A DNA stretch of 43,090 nucleotides from Jimgerdemannia flammicorona. Lineage: Eukaryota. The notes under the pieces were generated by a model, which saw only the letters and a program-made list of their open reading frames with translations, was not told the DNA's origin and searched no databases. Positions 12,364 to 25,630 of this stretch are shown in pieces. The stretch covers positions 1-43,090 of the forward strand of contig RBNJ01000081.1 of NCBI GenBank assembly GCA_003990765.1, written 5' to 3'. The position numbers and the translations under genes were made by a program. Numbering within the stretch: the stretch's first letter is position 1; each line of letters begins with the position of its first letter.

Positions 12364-13656
12364 CTACATTCCTCCAAACTTGCGCCGACATGCCTCACTT
12401 CCAATCTCGTGATACTCCTGCCGAGTCACCGCCTTCTTCTTGTATTCTGCTCCTTTCTGGGCCATGGCCATGTGAGCACCGCCTTGCCAAGCGTAGGTGA
12501 TCGGACTTAGGCGGGGATACAAAGAGGAGCGGATAAATATGAGAGACGCTTACAACCTGTTATTTTATATATAAAAATAGACTTACTTGTTCGGTTTAGT
12601 GACGCGAACCTCGAAATCAGCGGGTGCGAGATTGCGCAGGTCCGTCTCACTGCATAAATAATGTGAGCAAAGAAAGAACGGCGACATGTTCTTAAGTGGG
12701 GTCACATGAAAAATGCCTCATGGCAAACAAGAGATCGGCGGGAATACGTACACTCTTTCCCGGAATCCTTGCAGCTCCGCGTTTCCACCAACAAGGACCA
12801 CGTTGGCATACATCAGTCCATGCAAACCTTCATAGCCAATCGAGTCGCGATGAAGAAAATTTCATCAAACTTCCATGCGTCCGTCCATCAACATTCCACA
12901 CCGTGCGAAACTCTAAAATCATAATCGCCATAATAAGTAATTTCACCCACCCTCATCACACGCTGACACACTCTGCACAATGGTCTCCGGTATCCCCGCC
13001 TGGTGCATGCCAATATCGGAGGGATGAAAAAGGATTTCGGGGATCGTAAACCGCTCATTGTTCATCAGTAGAACCTGCTGGTCACTCGTGGCTGAAAGAA
13101 GGTTTGCCGAGAGGGCGGATTTGCCGGTTGGGCGGGCCTGCGAAACTGGAGTGAGGTGAAATTCACAGACAGGTGAACTAGAGAGAATTGTAAGGATAGT
13201 CTTACCTTAATGTAACCCCTTTTGTTACTTGAGAAATCCGGCAAAACGTATTCTTGTATGATTGGGTTGTCTTTCGGGCTTTTCCTACGATCCCGATGAC
13301 CATCATGAGAAAGCTGGTCTCGCTACACAAATAGTACGAAAGTATGGTCATTGGAGGCCTCGTCATCCAACTCACTTGCATAGATCTAGATCTTTGAACA
13401 CATCCTGCGATACGTAGCAACAGGCCTCCTTGACCTCATTCATGAGATATGTTTCGTCCATCATGTTATAGTGTCTGCAGAGCACGTGCCGGTATCGAGA
13501 TGGGATGGCTTCGTGGGTGAACAATGGGAAGAGAGGAAAAGAAAAGCTCGACTGGACAAAAACATGGGAGGGATAAACGATCCTGCTGCGGCGTACCGGA
13601 AGGACACGACTTCTTTCAGATGGTTCGTCAGCAACTTGCCGCCAACGCTGATTCTG

Positions 13657-13700
<44 letters not shown>

Positions 13701-14832
13701 AGCCGAGTCAGCCACCTCCCTCAAAAACCGCTCGGACGTATTCCGATGATCCTCTCCCTTCTTTCCCCACTCAATCCACCAACCTCCGTATTGCCTTAGC
13801 CACAGGCTTCCCTTTCAGAAAGGGCACAATATGGGTGAAGGAGTAGCCCGAATCAACGATGACGACGCAATCAGGCGGATGCGTCTTGGGGTCGCCAAAA
13901 AGAGAGGGGATGTCATTGTGAAGGCATAATTGAGGGGCTGGAACAAACGGAGAGGTAATGGATTTGAAAGGTGTGGTCTCGTCTTCAGGTCGTTAGGGTG
14001 CAGGAGCCTCTATCCCTCGGCTGGTATGGCAAGAAAAAAACCGTGCCACGTTTACCCGTTGTTCTGTAATACGATTCGAACTCGTACTCCTCAAACACAA
14101 TCTGGTCGTATGTTTGCTGGATGTTTGGCAGGTTGAAGCAGGGCTCCGTCACGACCAAGCCACATTCTTCCGGCTCGCACTATGTAATTACATAGCAAAT
14201 TAGTAAGGCTTAAAAAATAGAGTAAGTTGGTGGAACAATATAAATATTAAAGTGCAGATCGAAAATTTATTATTTACCTGTAGAACGTCTTTGGAAAATA
14301 TCCTATCCCATATCTCTTTTTCGATTTCCCAGTTCGTCAGGAAGCCCTGGTGTGAGGAAGAGGAAGAGGGTGGGTTATTAAGGGTCATCGTTCAGGTGCA
14401 AGCGAGGGAGGAGGGAGGGACTTTGTGGCGCACCTTCTCGAATGGCAAGCGATAGTACAAGCCCGAATAGTCGCGACACGTGTTGAGCTGGTCGGCAACG
14501 AAAGTTCTCCGGTCGCCCTTGCCACGGGTGATGCAGTTTGGAATGGAGCTGTGTGGTGTGTGTGGTGGAGTTTTGGGTTGGGGGGTGTGAGTGTGAGTTA
14601 GGGAGTAGGGAGGGTGAGCGCGAGTTAGGGAAGAGGGGAGGGTGAGTGCGAGTTAGGGAGTAGGGGAGGGTGGGTCCGAGTGGCTTATGGAAGGGGTGGG
14701 AGGAGAGGGTGTGATGGGGTAATTGCAGTTTAATTAATACCGAGTAAGTGTGTTCTGTTTGGTTGCGGCATCGGGGATAGCAGCCTTGATTTCGTATGCG
14801 CCATTGTCGAGGACCACGACTTTGTTGGACAT
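12364..14832 (-). CDS. ARP6: Actin-related protein 6 (SWR1 complex); multi-exon
   Basis: [91 protein letters not shown] and [11 protein letters not shown]. Confidence 0.9.
14587..14669. repeat. G-rich intronic minisatellite (~28 bp x3) in ARP6 intron 1
   Basis: Units approximate GTGAGTGCGAGTTAGGGAGTAGGGGAGG, each containing TTAGGG. Confidence 0.75.
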
Positions 14833-15018
14833 GGCTCGCGTGAAAGGAGATCCGAACTCGGTCGGCAGAATTCCGGACGGGATTTTCATGCTATTATACA
14901 GTCACAGTAAGAGCAGTCCACCCTTCCTGACACCTCATTGGCCATTCGACACATACCACAACCCAACCACCCCCGCATCCCTGACTCTCCCCTAACCCCC
15001 TTCCCCTCCCCCCCAAAC

Positions 15019-18000
15019 ATGTGCACCTCTGCAGGTGTCCGTCGTCTGTTCGTCGTGGGTGTCTTGACCCTCATTACCATTATCACCTTATCCTCCCAGA
15101 TAATGGTCTTCTGGCCCTTCCTCGGTGGTGCCACCTTGCGCACATACCTTGTGCTCGGCCCGCTTAACGTGTTTGTCATCCTAATCTACGTCAACTACTA
15201 CCTTGCAACGACCACCGACCCGGGCGCAGTCCCCTTGCATTATGTACGTAAACACGTCCTATTACCTCCCCCAAGAAACCAAAGATTTTAGCAACGTTCG
15301 GCCTGTTGCATGACTAATCCCAGGCGCGTTCGCGACGCCCAACGCCCACCATAGGAACCACCCACTAAGAATCGCCAGACGGAAGTCAAGCGATCCACAC
15401 ACCAGCCACGCTATTGCAAAACATGCAACGGTTTCAAACCGCCGCGATCCCACCACTGTCGTCAATGCGGACGGTATGTCTCCTCTTCTTATTTCCATTG
15501 GCCTTGTCTCGCTTTATTGACCAAGATCTTTATCTGACTTACGCCATTCCTGTGCGCTCTTTTTTTATATTATATTATATTTTATTTTTACCATTCCTAG
15601 CTGTGTTCTTAAAATGGATCACCATTGCCCATGGATCAACAACTGTGTGGGTCACAGAAACTATGGCCATTTCCTACGGTTCATTATAACCGTGGATATC
15701 GCTACCATATACGTCCTTGTACTGCTCTGTTGGCGTGTGAGCGTGATTTTGGAAGATATGAGGAATTTCAAGGTAAGCCATCAGTGATTTATCTTGGAGA
15801 TTCTAATCTCTGATGTAATGAGCGCCGAATTTTTGACCAGCATCGTCATCAAGCATTCAATTCCATTTGTCTTATCATGCACATTTATTGAATTGTGTTT
15901 ATTTTTTATTCTCCCATTCGTCGCATGTCCACCCTCATCCTACACACACACACAAACTCTCTCTCTCCCTCTCTCCCTCTCTCACTCTTTCACCATCTTG
16001 ATCCCTTTCATATGACCCAGATTCATGCCGAGCCAAAAACCATGGAACTTGTATTCCTGGTGGTCAGCTTTGTATTGGACGTGCCGGTCCTGTTCTCTGT
16101 CGGTATCCTAAGTGGATACCATATCTATTGTGTATCTACCAACACGACGACGATTGAAGGATGGGAGAAAGGAAAGGTTGCAACAATGGTCAGGAGGGGA
16201 AAAATTCAGGATGTAGGTACCACCCATGGAGAAGCGAAAGCACGTTGATCGCATTTCTTGGTGGGATTGGTGTACGAAAGCAGCGCACTCATTGTATAAT
16301 GGCTAACTCCGCCATTCTCTCGTCCACCAGGTCAAGTTCCCCTACGATGTCGGACTCTACAACAACATTAAACAGGTCCTCGGCGACAACCCCCTTTTCT
16401 GGCTCTGGCCGAAATCTGCGAAAGGCGATGGCCTCCACTTTGCGGTTGCCAAAGACACAGGTAGGGACTCCGTGCAGCTCGCACGTCTCTCGTCCCTTTC
16501 CACCTTGAGCACAGCCACCCGCGATCGTAACGGCATGTCCCGCCCGGTCAGCTCCACTTCAATCATTGTCACATGCGAAGATGATGAAGTCCGAGTGCCT
16601 TCACGGAGCTCGATATATATCAACATGCGCGAACTGACGACCGCACACCTAAACGATCGGAATACCCGCTCGGACATGGCTCTGTGGTCGCCGGTGTCGG
16701 ATACCGCGACGCTGGTCGAGGATGGATATAGCCAAAAGGGTTATACCGTTGGGGACTATAAGAACTATTCCAAGGAGGAAGATTCGTACGATCAGTACAC
16801 GTTTTCGCATAACTTGGATAGGTCGGATACTTTCCACAGCGAGACATATCTGGAAACGGATATGCGAGAGGTAAAAATTGCCCAGGTAACAAGACGTTCT
16901 GAGCAATGTTTGTTTTGTGTTCTGTGGGTTGGGGGTTTGCGTTTGTTTATAGGGGAGGGTGTGGGAGAGAGAAGAATGGCGTATGGGGGTGGTAGTGGGA
17001 TGTGGGATATGGGATGTGGTATGTGGTGTTATCGGAGCGTGACTGTCCGACCCTCCGCCACATCATTTACGACGTCAATTGATTTTCGGGCTTTACCACA
17101 GTACAACGATCGCCGTGGGCGTGGGGGAGCTGAATTTATATCTGTGGACGAATTCAGCACTTTATCGTCATTGACGCCGAATACGCTGGAGACGGCCGTT
17201 TTAATGGCTCTCTCAGAAAATTTTACCTCCACACTCCCTACGCTTCCTTCCTTTCCCACTCCCTCCGCTGCGAATACTTATTGCGTTTCCCTGTTTAATT
17301 TTCTAACCATATTGGCTTCAATCATCTTTTCTTCTACTTCCTTTATTTTGCAAACAGATGAATTAGAGGCCTATTTCTGGCCTCCCCGCGATCCCGACGA
17401 CCTCCGACCTTCCATCTTCTCATCACAGTACACCAAGCAAGCCATGAAACGCCGGACAACAAGGAACCTAAATCTCACCCACAATTCATCTCAGGCATAT
17501 CATCATTCCAACCACAACAACTTCGCATTTCCTAATCAAATTTCACCATCATCCGATTATAATTATAATTCCGACGGCACCACACATCACATTGAGTACA
17601 ACAACCATACCGACTCCTCCGACACACACATCGATGACCTCACGCGCCTTCCACCACCGCACAACCCATACATTCCACCCCGTCCGCGTCGCCATGTCCG
17701 CCGCGATAGCGAGGGCTTCATCGTTCGTGAGCTCACGGCGGAGGACCGCCAACGCATGCTGTCTACCGTTGACATGCATGGCGCGTATGACCCGCGCGCG
17801 GACCAGCGACAGCCATTATTGAACTTTGAAGAAGAGGAGAGAGGACGCAGAGGGGCACCGACCTCGATTGTGGCGAGGGATGCGAGGGAAGGTGGGCACG
17901 ATGACGTACAGTACGAGGAAGAGAACATTGACGATTATTATGATTCGGGGAGCGCCATTTCGGATTCAGGTCCTGAATTCAGCGAGAGCGAGGAGGAGGA

Positions 18001-18292
18001 GGAGGAGGAGGAGGAGGAGGAGGAAGAAGGGTATTATCGGGAAGGCTATGAGGACGAGCGCGGGTATTATCACGACGAAGAGAGTAGGGTGTATGGTGCG
18101 GGGGAGGACATTCCATTGAGGGAAATGGAAAGGCGGAGGTGGGAAGAGCAGGAGCGGGGAGAGTATGCGCCGGACGAAGACGATGATGATGAGCAGACAC
18201 CATTGGCAATGATTGTAAAGAAGCAGAGGGAAGCTATGGGGTGGCCTGCGGTTGGGGGGGCAGAGCGGAAGGGGAAGGGGAAGGAAGATTAA
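15019..18292 (+). CDS. PFA4: DHHC palmitoyltransferase, PFA4-like; multi-exon
   Basis: [83 protein letters not shown] and [10 protein letters not shown]; acidic C-terminal tail. Confidence 0.9.
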
Positions 18293-18768
18293 TATGGGAT
18301 TGTGTTAATGGACGTGTTTTGGAGGAAGTAACTGTGTTTTATATTTATTTATTTCGGTTTCGTTGGTCGATCCTACCGTCTTGAACAATCATAGAAGTGG
18401 ATGAAAGTCCACGTAATTGGTTTCGTCATGGCCATTGTTGTGGTAAATACTATTATCAGATCCTAAACGACAATGACAATCATGTGATCAAGAAGACTCA
18501 TAAATGTGGCAATTCATGCGCCACCTGCTAAATATGGGAGAGTTGGGGAATTCCGAGTACCACCGACCGTGCCACGTTCCATGGAAGTCCGCAGGAGATC
18601 AGGGGATGGGAATTTATTTCGGTATCCTAGCATCAATTTCGTTGCAACATTCGTGTTAAATCTACAATCTGCGATGTGGGAAGTCGCCAAACCGGTTCTC
18701 TACGTATTAATTGCGATCAATTGTGATCGATTGCGTGGCCTCTTCGCAGGTACAGGAATAATGGCATA

Positions 18769-18810
18769 GCCGTAGGCCTACGGCATATCCTACGGCATAT
18801 CCGTAGGCCT
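18769..18810. promoter_or_regulatory. Palindrome/repeat cluster upstream of the subtilisin gene
   Basis: GCCGTAGGCCTACGGC is a perfect 16-bp palindrome, followed by CCTACGGCATAT x2 and CCGTAGGCCT, ~150 bp before the ATG. A regulatory role is inferred. Confidence 0.35.
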
Positions 18811-18961
18811 GATTTAGAACTGACGATACTGAGCCCTATTGTGCTATTGTAAACCCAAGGGCTGGGTCTTGAACTTCCACTACTTCCACTGAACCCTAAA
18901 TGGCCGCACAGGAGGATAAAAACCCCGCCCTTCACCACCCCCAAAAAGTCACTAAACCAAA

Positions 18962-21900
18962 ATGAAACCCTCCACGACTTCCTTATTCCTCCTCTTCCTC
19001 CTGTTATGCGTCTGCGGTGTACTAGCAGAAATCAAGGACGCACATCCTCTCAACCTTGTCAACGACAAAAAATTTATTGTGCAATTGTCAGTCCATGTCA
19101 CCGACACTGCAGGAGTGACCCTCGAACAGACGAACTTTTTGAAAGCCCTGGACCTACTCGGTGTGCCTTACAAGGTCATCACCCAGTATACTCTGGCCTG
19201 GAACGCCATTTTTTTGGAAATCAACGTGGATAAGCATTTGCTGAAGGCCAGGTTGGAGCTAATAGATAAAATTGCTGGAGTCGTCAACATTTTCCCTGAG
19301 GTTGGTTTTTGTTTGTTTGTTTGTTTGTTTGCAAATCTCGGCTTACTAGGATTGAGTTTCACCCATTGGTCAACTCGGCACATGCCATTGTTTGCGTCTT
19401 CAGCAAGAACATACCTTCCAGTACGAACTCAGCGTCTCCACTGGCCCACGGAAGGCAACTGGGAAAAGACTAAAAAGACAAGATCCTCCCAATGTTGACC
19501 AGTCTATTACCTCAACTGAACCGGCCGTAAGCAAGCATTATAATGGTTATGCTGCTGACCCGTTGTCGGCCCTCAAGCTGGTAAGTGCAATTCACGAGTT
19601 TGATATCATACCATGTTTGGGGAGGGGATGTATCTGTATTGGAGATTAACCCGTCTTGTTTTATAGACTGGCGTGCATACCATCCATCAGACGACAAAGC
19701 TCGCTGGCACCGGCATCAAGGTCGGGATTCTCGATACCGGCATTGGTATGTACACAATATCTCAATTGCCAATATCCATCGCAGGTCACCTCCTGACTTG
19801 ATCCCTTTCCACTTACCACCCTCAATCAACCTTTCAATCAACTTTTTCTGATATCTTTATCAGATTACGAGCACCCCACTCTTGGAGGCTGCTTCGGACC
19901 GGGATGCCGTGTTGCCTATGGCTACGATTTCGTCGGGGATGATGGCAATACCCCCGGTCCACGCCCTTTGGATAAATGCCATGGGGTGAGTATCATGGAA
20001 TTCTCGTATTGGCTCCGATATAAGTTATGGAAAACTCGCTCATTTATTTTTCTTTCTTCAGCATGGTACACACTGCGCCGGTATCATCGGTGGCATGGAC
20101 CCTGACGGTCCCTTTCGCGGCGTTGCTTATAATGTCACTTTCGGTGCTTACCGGTAGGTCAATGGTTGCTACCACCCATATGACCATTCTACATTACATT
20201 GACATTAAGATTTATTTGTTTTGATTACCCAGTATCATGAGCTGCACTTCCGGTGCGTCGGATTCTGTTGTCATTAACGCCATCGAAATGGCCATGAAAG
20301 GTACGGATTCCTGCAAAGCATTTACCGCTCCATAGATAATTAAACTGACCAAACTAATATGCCAAAACTTAACATAGATGGCATGGACATTCTTAGCATG
20401 TCTTTTGGTGCCTGGGGTTGGGCCGAGAGCGCCACCGCCGCTGCCGCCTCCAGTGCCGCAGAACACGTTGCTGTCGTAGTGGCTGTTGGCAACGACGGTG
20501 ACAAGGGTATTTGGACATCTGGGGCCCCTAGCGTTGGCTATCAAGCCATCTCCGTTGCCAGCATTAACAATTACGTTATCAGCGAGTACTACATGATCCC
20601 CGATATCGATTCGAGCTATCTCCTCTGTACGCACAATATTTTCCTAAACATGCATTGAACACAGCTCAGACACTAACTATCATTCATCTTCGCTTTCGTT
20701 TTGGGTACAGCCTACCAGATGGGAATCAATGGCTCCAAACCTGCGGTCATCGACACAAGACCCTTCCCTGTGATCGACATTACTTCCTCCTGCCCCAATA
20801 TCACGATGAATGTAACAGGGAAAATCGTGCTGCAGAACCTTGCAGAATGCTCGGTAGGCGCAGCAATCCTCTGGGAATCTTGAATCCGATTTTCATCGAA
20901 CCATTGACGGCTGACCTAACTATCTAAATTCGCATCTTTTTTTTTTTTTTTTTTTTTTCTTCTCTATCCAGAAACTCGACATTACAAATGGGCAACCCGT
21001 CGCTATTCTCATGTATACGGCCGACACTGATTCCAAGTACATCTGGTCCGCCCAAACTACCTTCGATGGGGTGCCGCTCATTACCCTCCGGAACACAGAT
21101 GGGGAGTGGTTGGCGCAAGAGCTCAAGAGCCACCCAGAAATAAAACTCACCTTTTCACAGGAGCAGAAGGCATTGTGAGATTTCACTGGCAAGATATTTG
21201 TCTGCAAACTCATGATTTTGTATGTTGAACTTGAAAATTTAACGTTTGTTCGTGCATGCCTCTTTTAGCCCCATGGTTCATCCCGGAAAACCGTCTCCCT
21301 TCTCAAGCTACGGTATCAGCCCCGATCTCGATCTCAAGCCCGATATCGCCGCTCCCGGTGCCAAGATTCTTTCAACCTTCCCCCTCAACTTTGGTGGCTG
21401 GGCGCAAGATCAAGGCACTTCGATGGCCTGTCCCTATGTGGCGGGCGCGGTCGCTTTGCTGCTCGAGAAGTACGGCAAAATGCCTACTAGCGCCATACGC
21501 TCATTGTTGCTCAACACAGCCGACCCTATGACGATGGATGACAGGCAGATTTATCCGGTACCCAAGCAAGGCTCCGGGTTGCTGAACATTATTGACGCGC
21601 TCAACGTCCGAACCCTCATCACCCCAACGAAATACGCGCTCAACAACGACTCCAAATTGACGGCCATTGATGAGCGGCAGAACTTCACCATTTACAACAT
21701 GGCACCTACTACTGTCAAATATGCCATCTCCCATCTCCCGGCGGCCTCTCTCACGGGATACAATGGCTCAGACCCGCGCCCGCTATCCACTGTCACGCTT
21801 TCCAACGTTACTGCCACCATCACTTTTGCCGTCACCTCAGTGACGATCCCTCCAAATGGTCATGCGGTTGTCAACTGGAACATCCAACCCCCGAATCTTG

Positions 21901-22532
21901 ACCCCGCAGGCCACTGGTTCTACTCCGGCTTCATCTACGTCAAGCCAGACTCGGACGAGGGAGTGCAAACGATCCCCTACGCTGCCGTGCTCACCACGGG
22001 TTTGGTCAACGTCCTCTCGCAGGAGCGAGGCTACCCGTCTTTGCAGTACCCCAAAAACGACTCGACGACCATTAGTGCCTCATCCGCGGATGACACCATC
22101 AGCCTCAAATTGTTTACCGATAACCCCACGCGTCTCCTGCTGGTGGGAGTGTTAAGTGAGGACAATGAGACCGATTACGGATGCGCCCTATACCTATCGT
22201 ACTTTGCGCGCACCGCCCAACCGATACCCATCACATTTTACCCCTTCGAGGTTGGTACTTGCGATTCCGAGCAGCAAAGCGAGCTGCTGCCAAACGGCAA
22301 CTACAGGCTTTATGTATCGGCCGTAAAAATGTTTGGTAATTTGGCAAGAACAGAGGATTACGAAGTATGGATCTCGCCGCCGTTCACAATCGAGAGAGTG
22401 AATGAAACCTCCACAGATGTGTTGCCAACCTTCACAGATGTGTTGCCAACCTCCACAGATGTGTTGCCAACCTCCACAGATGCGTTGCCTGTGCCTTCAC
22501 CAACCGCGTCCGACCCACATTCTAATAAATAG
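18962..22532 (+). CDS. Secreted S8 subtilisin-like serine protease (probable PA and Fn3-like domains); multi-exon
   Basis: Hydrophobic signal peptide. Catalytic motifs [21 protein letters not shown] and [11 protein letters not shown]; oxyanion motif [23 protein letters not shown]. Confidence 0.9.
22428..22489 (+). repeat. 21-bp coding tandem repeat (TDVLPTS-like, ~4 copies starting ~22407) in the subtilisin C-terminus
   Basis: ACCTCCACAGATGTGTTGCCA is repeated and encodes a Thr/Pro-rich tail. Confidence 0.8.
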
Positions 22533-22901
22533 TAACTATAGCTACAATAACGATGCTGTCTTGTGTGAATAAATGTTACCAAAGGGCTTACCCATGGAAT
22601 TCAGCAGCCACGAATACGAAGCATCACTCAATGGGCAATCTGCTTTAACCCTTTCCCCTTGAACAACGAACGAGCACCATATCCATCCTGACTAGCGCGC
22701 AAGAAGGGAAATAAATAATGACAACAGTGCCTGAAAATCCAATAGGACGAGTGCGAATATGTGAACTTCTATAGCATATCCGCGACACAAAACCAATCTA
22801 TGCAATGGTTGGTCGTTTTATTCGTGGCAGGAAGCAAGGGGAAATAATACTTGTATTTTAGTTGAGGATGGGCATAGAGCGGGAAAGGTGGCGGAGGATT
22901 T

Positions 22902-24498
22902 TTAAAGGGCAGAGGCACCCGTGATAATATCGACTGTAGAGGTAGGTGAGCGATTGACAAAGGGGGGAAAAAAGTCGACAAACGACGTTAGCACACAGAA
23001 AAGCATCCGAAAATATCAATTGCCATTTTGTTTCCATTCCTAACCCTGGACGTCAAACCCGCCTCACTTACTCCAAATATTGAAAAATGCTGAAAGATAA
23101 AAATAAAACAAATATAACGTACTCAGTTCGTTGGTAATGACGGCCTGACGACCACGGTTGTACGTCAAGGTGAGCTTGTTAATCATCTCGCCGGCATTCT
23201 TGGTCGCGTTTTCCATAGCAGAGCGTTTGGCGGCCATCTCCGCGGCGTGACCCTCGACCAAAGCCCAGTAAACATTGTTGGCAAAGGTGAACTCTTGCAG
23301 GTTCTCGAGGACGTCGTCTTCGAGTTCGAAGGCGGCAAAGTTGGCTATTATAACGCCAAATGGGAGTTTATATGTATGAGATGTGTCTTCCGAAATGAAA
23401 TCCAAAAGCACAAACACTGCAACGATTCCGCTGCGATCTTTTGTACCACTCACGAGAGTTCTTGAACGTGTCCTCCGAGTAAGCCTCGACGGCGGTTGCC
23501 TCGTACGAGATCGCCGACAAGAATTTGTTGTAGACGATATGGGCGTTATCGAACTCGACGCCCGACGACTTAATGATGTCGACGATTGCGGAGGCCTCCG
23601 CGAAAGTGGGTATGTCCTTGCCAATCTGGTTGAAGGATAGGGCGATGGCGGCGCGGTGGGTACGGCTGAGCTGGGCCTTGGCCTTGTCACCCAGCACGAC
23701 GACTTGGACATCAGGCCTCCCGCCAATAGCATTACGCGTGTACTTGGCAACAGTGCTGTGGATACCGCCGCAGAGACCACGGTCCGAAGAGGCGGCGATG
23801 AAAATGGAGTTACTGTCTGAAGCAGGTTTGGTCTCAGCGCTCAGGAAGACCGCTAATGTAACGCAATAAATTAATGTGGGTCAGCCCCTAATTCGTTTCA
23901 TAGTGACTTGCGCCTCATGGTGGATGTAAATGAGAACGGAGGACGCGAAATGGAGGAAAACCCGATTCCCTAAAGTTACATACCATTGTTGGCGTTGCCG
24001 TACGCGCGGGCGTTCTCCATGGCTCTCTGAGCTTTGGCCACCTTCGTGGACGCAATCATCTTCATTGACTTGGTGATCTTACTGATGTTTGAGACGGACT
24101 TCAGGCGGAGCTGAACTGGACGTTGCAGAGATCACAATGTTGATATTGACAATTAGGATAGCGAATTCCGGGCAAATTAATTTTGATCGCAACTACGCCC
24201 AATCCGTGCAGGGAGCCAACGAGGTACGTACTTTCTTTCAGAGTAGCCATGTTGCGGACCTGGACGGCGTTGCTGTGGGGGATACCAGAGGATACGAAAA
24301 AGGTTAGCAAGCACGGCCATTTTCGGTGCTTGGAGCTGATGCAACGCGGTTCGGGCGTGACTGTTTGTTGTTGAACTGAGCGGATGTATGAACGCATTAC
24401 GCATCGATGGTATGCGTTTTTCGGTGGACAGACGACAAGTACCTCAGTGAAGTAGCCGTCGCCACCGCGGGGCGAGCGAGTGTGCGGACGGCAAACAT
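22902..24498 (-). CDS. ATP3: Mitochondrial F1 ATP synthase gamma subunit; multi-exon
   Basis: [66 protein letters not shown] and [19 protein letters not shown]. Confidence 0.95.
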
Positions 24499-24599
24499 GT
24501 GTTCTGTTTCAAGGGAGAGAGGGGGGGGGAGTGGAGATGGGGAACAAGAAAAAGCCAGGTATGCTTCGACCCTTGTTTGTTGATCAAATTGATGGACGA

Positions 24600-24623
24600 T
24601 CACGTGTCCCTTTGCTACGTCAC
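24600..24623. promoter_or_regulatory. E-box TCACGTG plus ACGTCAC in the ATP3/OPA3 bidirectional promoter
   Basis: TCACGTG at 24600-24606 and ACGTCAC at 24617-24623, the same motif pair as at 7922-7936. Confidence 0.4.
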
Positions 24624-24675
24624 TACCCAACTTGAACCACCAAATCTCCCACTCTCCTCCCCTCTCCCTTCCGCA

Positions 24676-25630
24676 ATGAGCACAATCAAGGTCGGCTCGC
24701 TCATCGTCAGGACACTAGCAAAGCCCGTTGCCAACTACATCAAGAACCAGGCGAAACAGCATCCTTCCTTCCGAGACTTCTGCATCAACGTCGCTCAGGT
24801 AAAAAAAAAAAAACCCCTCCTGTCGAGCCGTGCCTTGACCCAAATTTCTATTGACTGATCGGATATGCGTCGCAGACAGCCCATCGCCTCGAAATGACAT
24901 TGAAGATGAACTTCTTGGGATACAAGAAAGAGGTCATTCGTCCACTGAACAACACAAAGTACGTGCGTGCCCTTCCCCACTAACGTCAACAAATCGCACC
25001 ATTACTGTATCTTGCGTTAACCCTGATCCTCCTCACAACATGTACAGGGCTATAGAGATGGGCGCAAACTTCCTCAGCGACTCCATTATCTTCGCGGTTG
25101 CTGCCACCCTCATAACCGTCGAAACCGCAAGGTATCAATCTCCACACCACGGACCACCAGATATGTGAATCACAATTAACCCTTTTTTGTCCTCATACAT
25201 CCAGATCCCGGATTTCGACCAACCGTCGCAACCACTTTATTGATGACTCCATCAACCGCCTCGAGGATGACGCGCACCGACTGAATGAGGCTATTGCGGA
25301 AACGCAGGCGCTGTCAAAAAAACTCCAGAAGCAGGTTCACGATTTAAGGCAGGACAACATGGTGATGCGAACCATCTTGGATGAGGTTGGTTGCAGGTTC
25401 TTTTGTTTTCGTGTCGCTAAGGGGGGTATTGCGGATCCGTGTCCCAATTTTTGACTTCACATCTTCTGTAGATCCTCTCGGTCTCCATGGGCTTGCGTCA
25501 TCACACCGCTTATGATGGCTCCGTCGTGATGACCATTCCCGGCTTGGAAGCGTCATTGAGCAAAGAAAACATGATACCCCTTCCCGTCAAGGAGCCCCGA
25601 GTCAACGAATCTTTGGCTACAGATTCGTGA
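24676..25630 (+). CDS. OPA3: OPA3-like mitochondrial protein; multi-exon
   Basis: MSTIKVGSLIVRTLAKPVANYIKNQAKQHPSFRDFCINVAQ, HRLEM, IRPLN and AIEMGANFLSDSIIFAVA, followed by a coiled coil. Confidence 0.9.

Noticed and set aside
13461-13799. Poly-Lys/poly-Phe ORFs (also 4700-4990, 7374-7914 and 20920-21213)
   Set aside because: Artefacts of intronic or intergenic A/T homopolymers.
16472-18292. 606-aa ORF as a stand-alone novel gene
   Set aside because: It is in frame with upstream PFA4 exons and contains PFA4's WPPRDP and RRDSEG motifs. It is treated as the last exon plus a read-through intron.
22407-22489. CRISPR-like or mobile repeat
   Set aside because: Contiguous in-frame coding repeat without spacers, in a eukaryotic gene.
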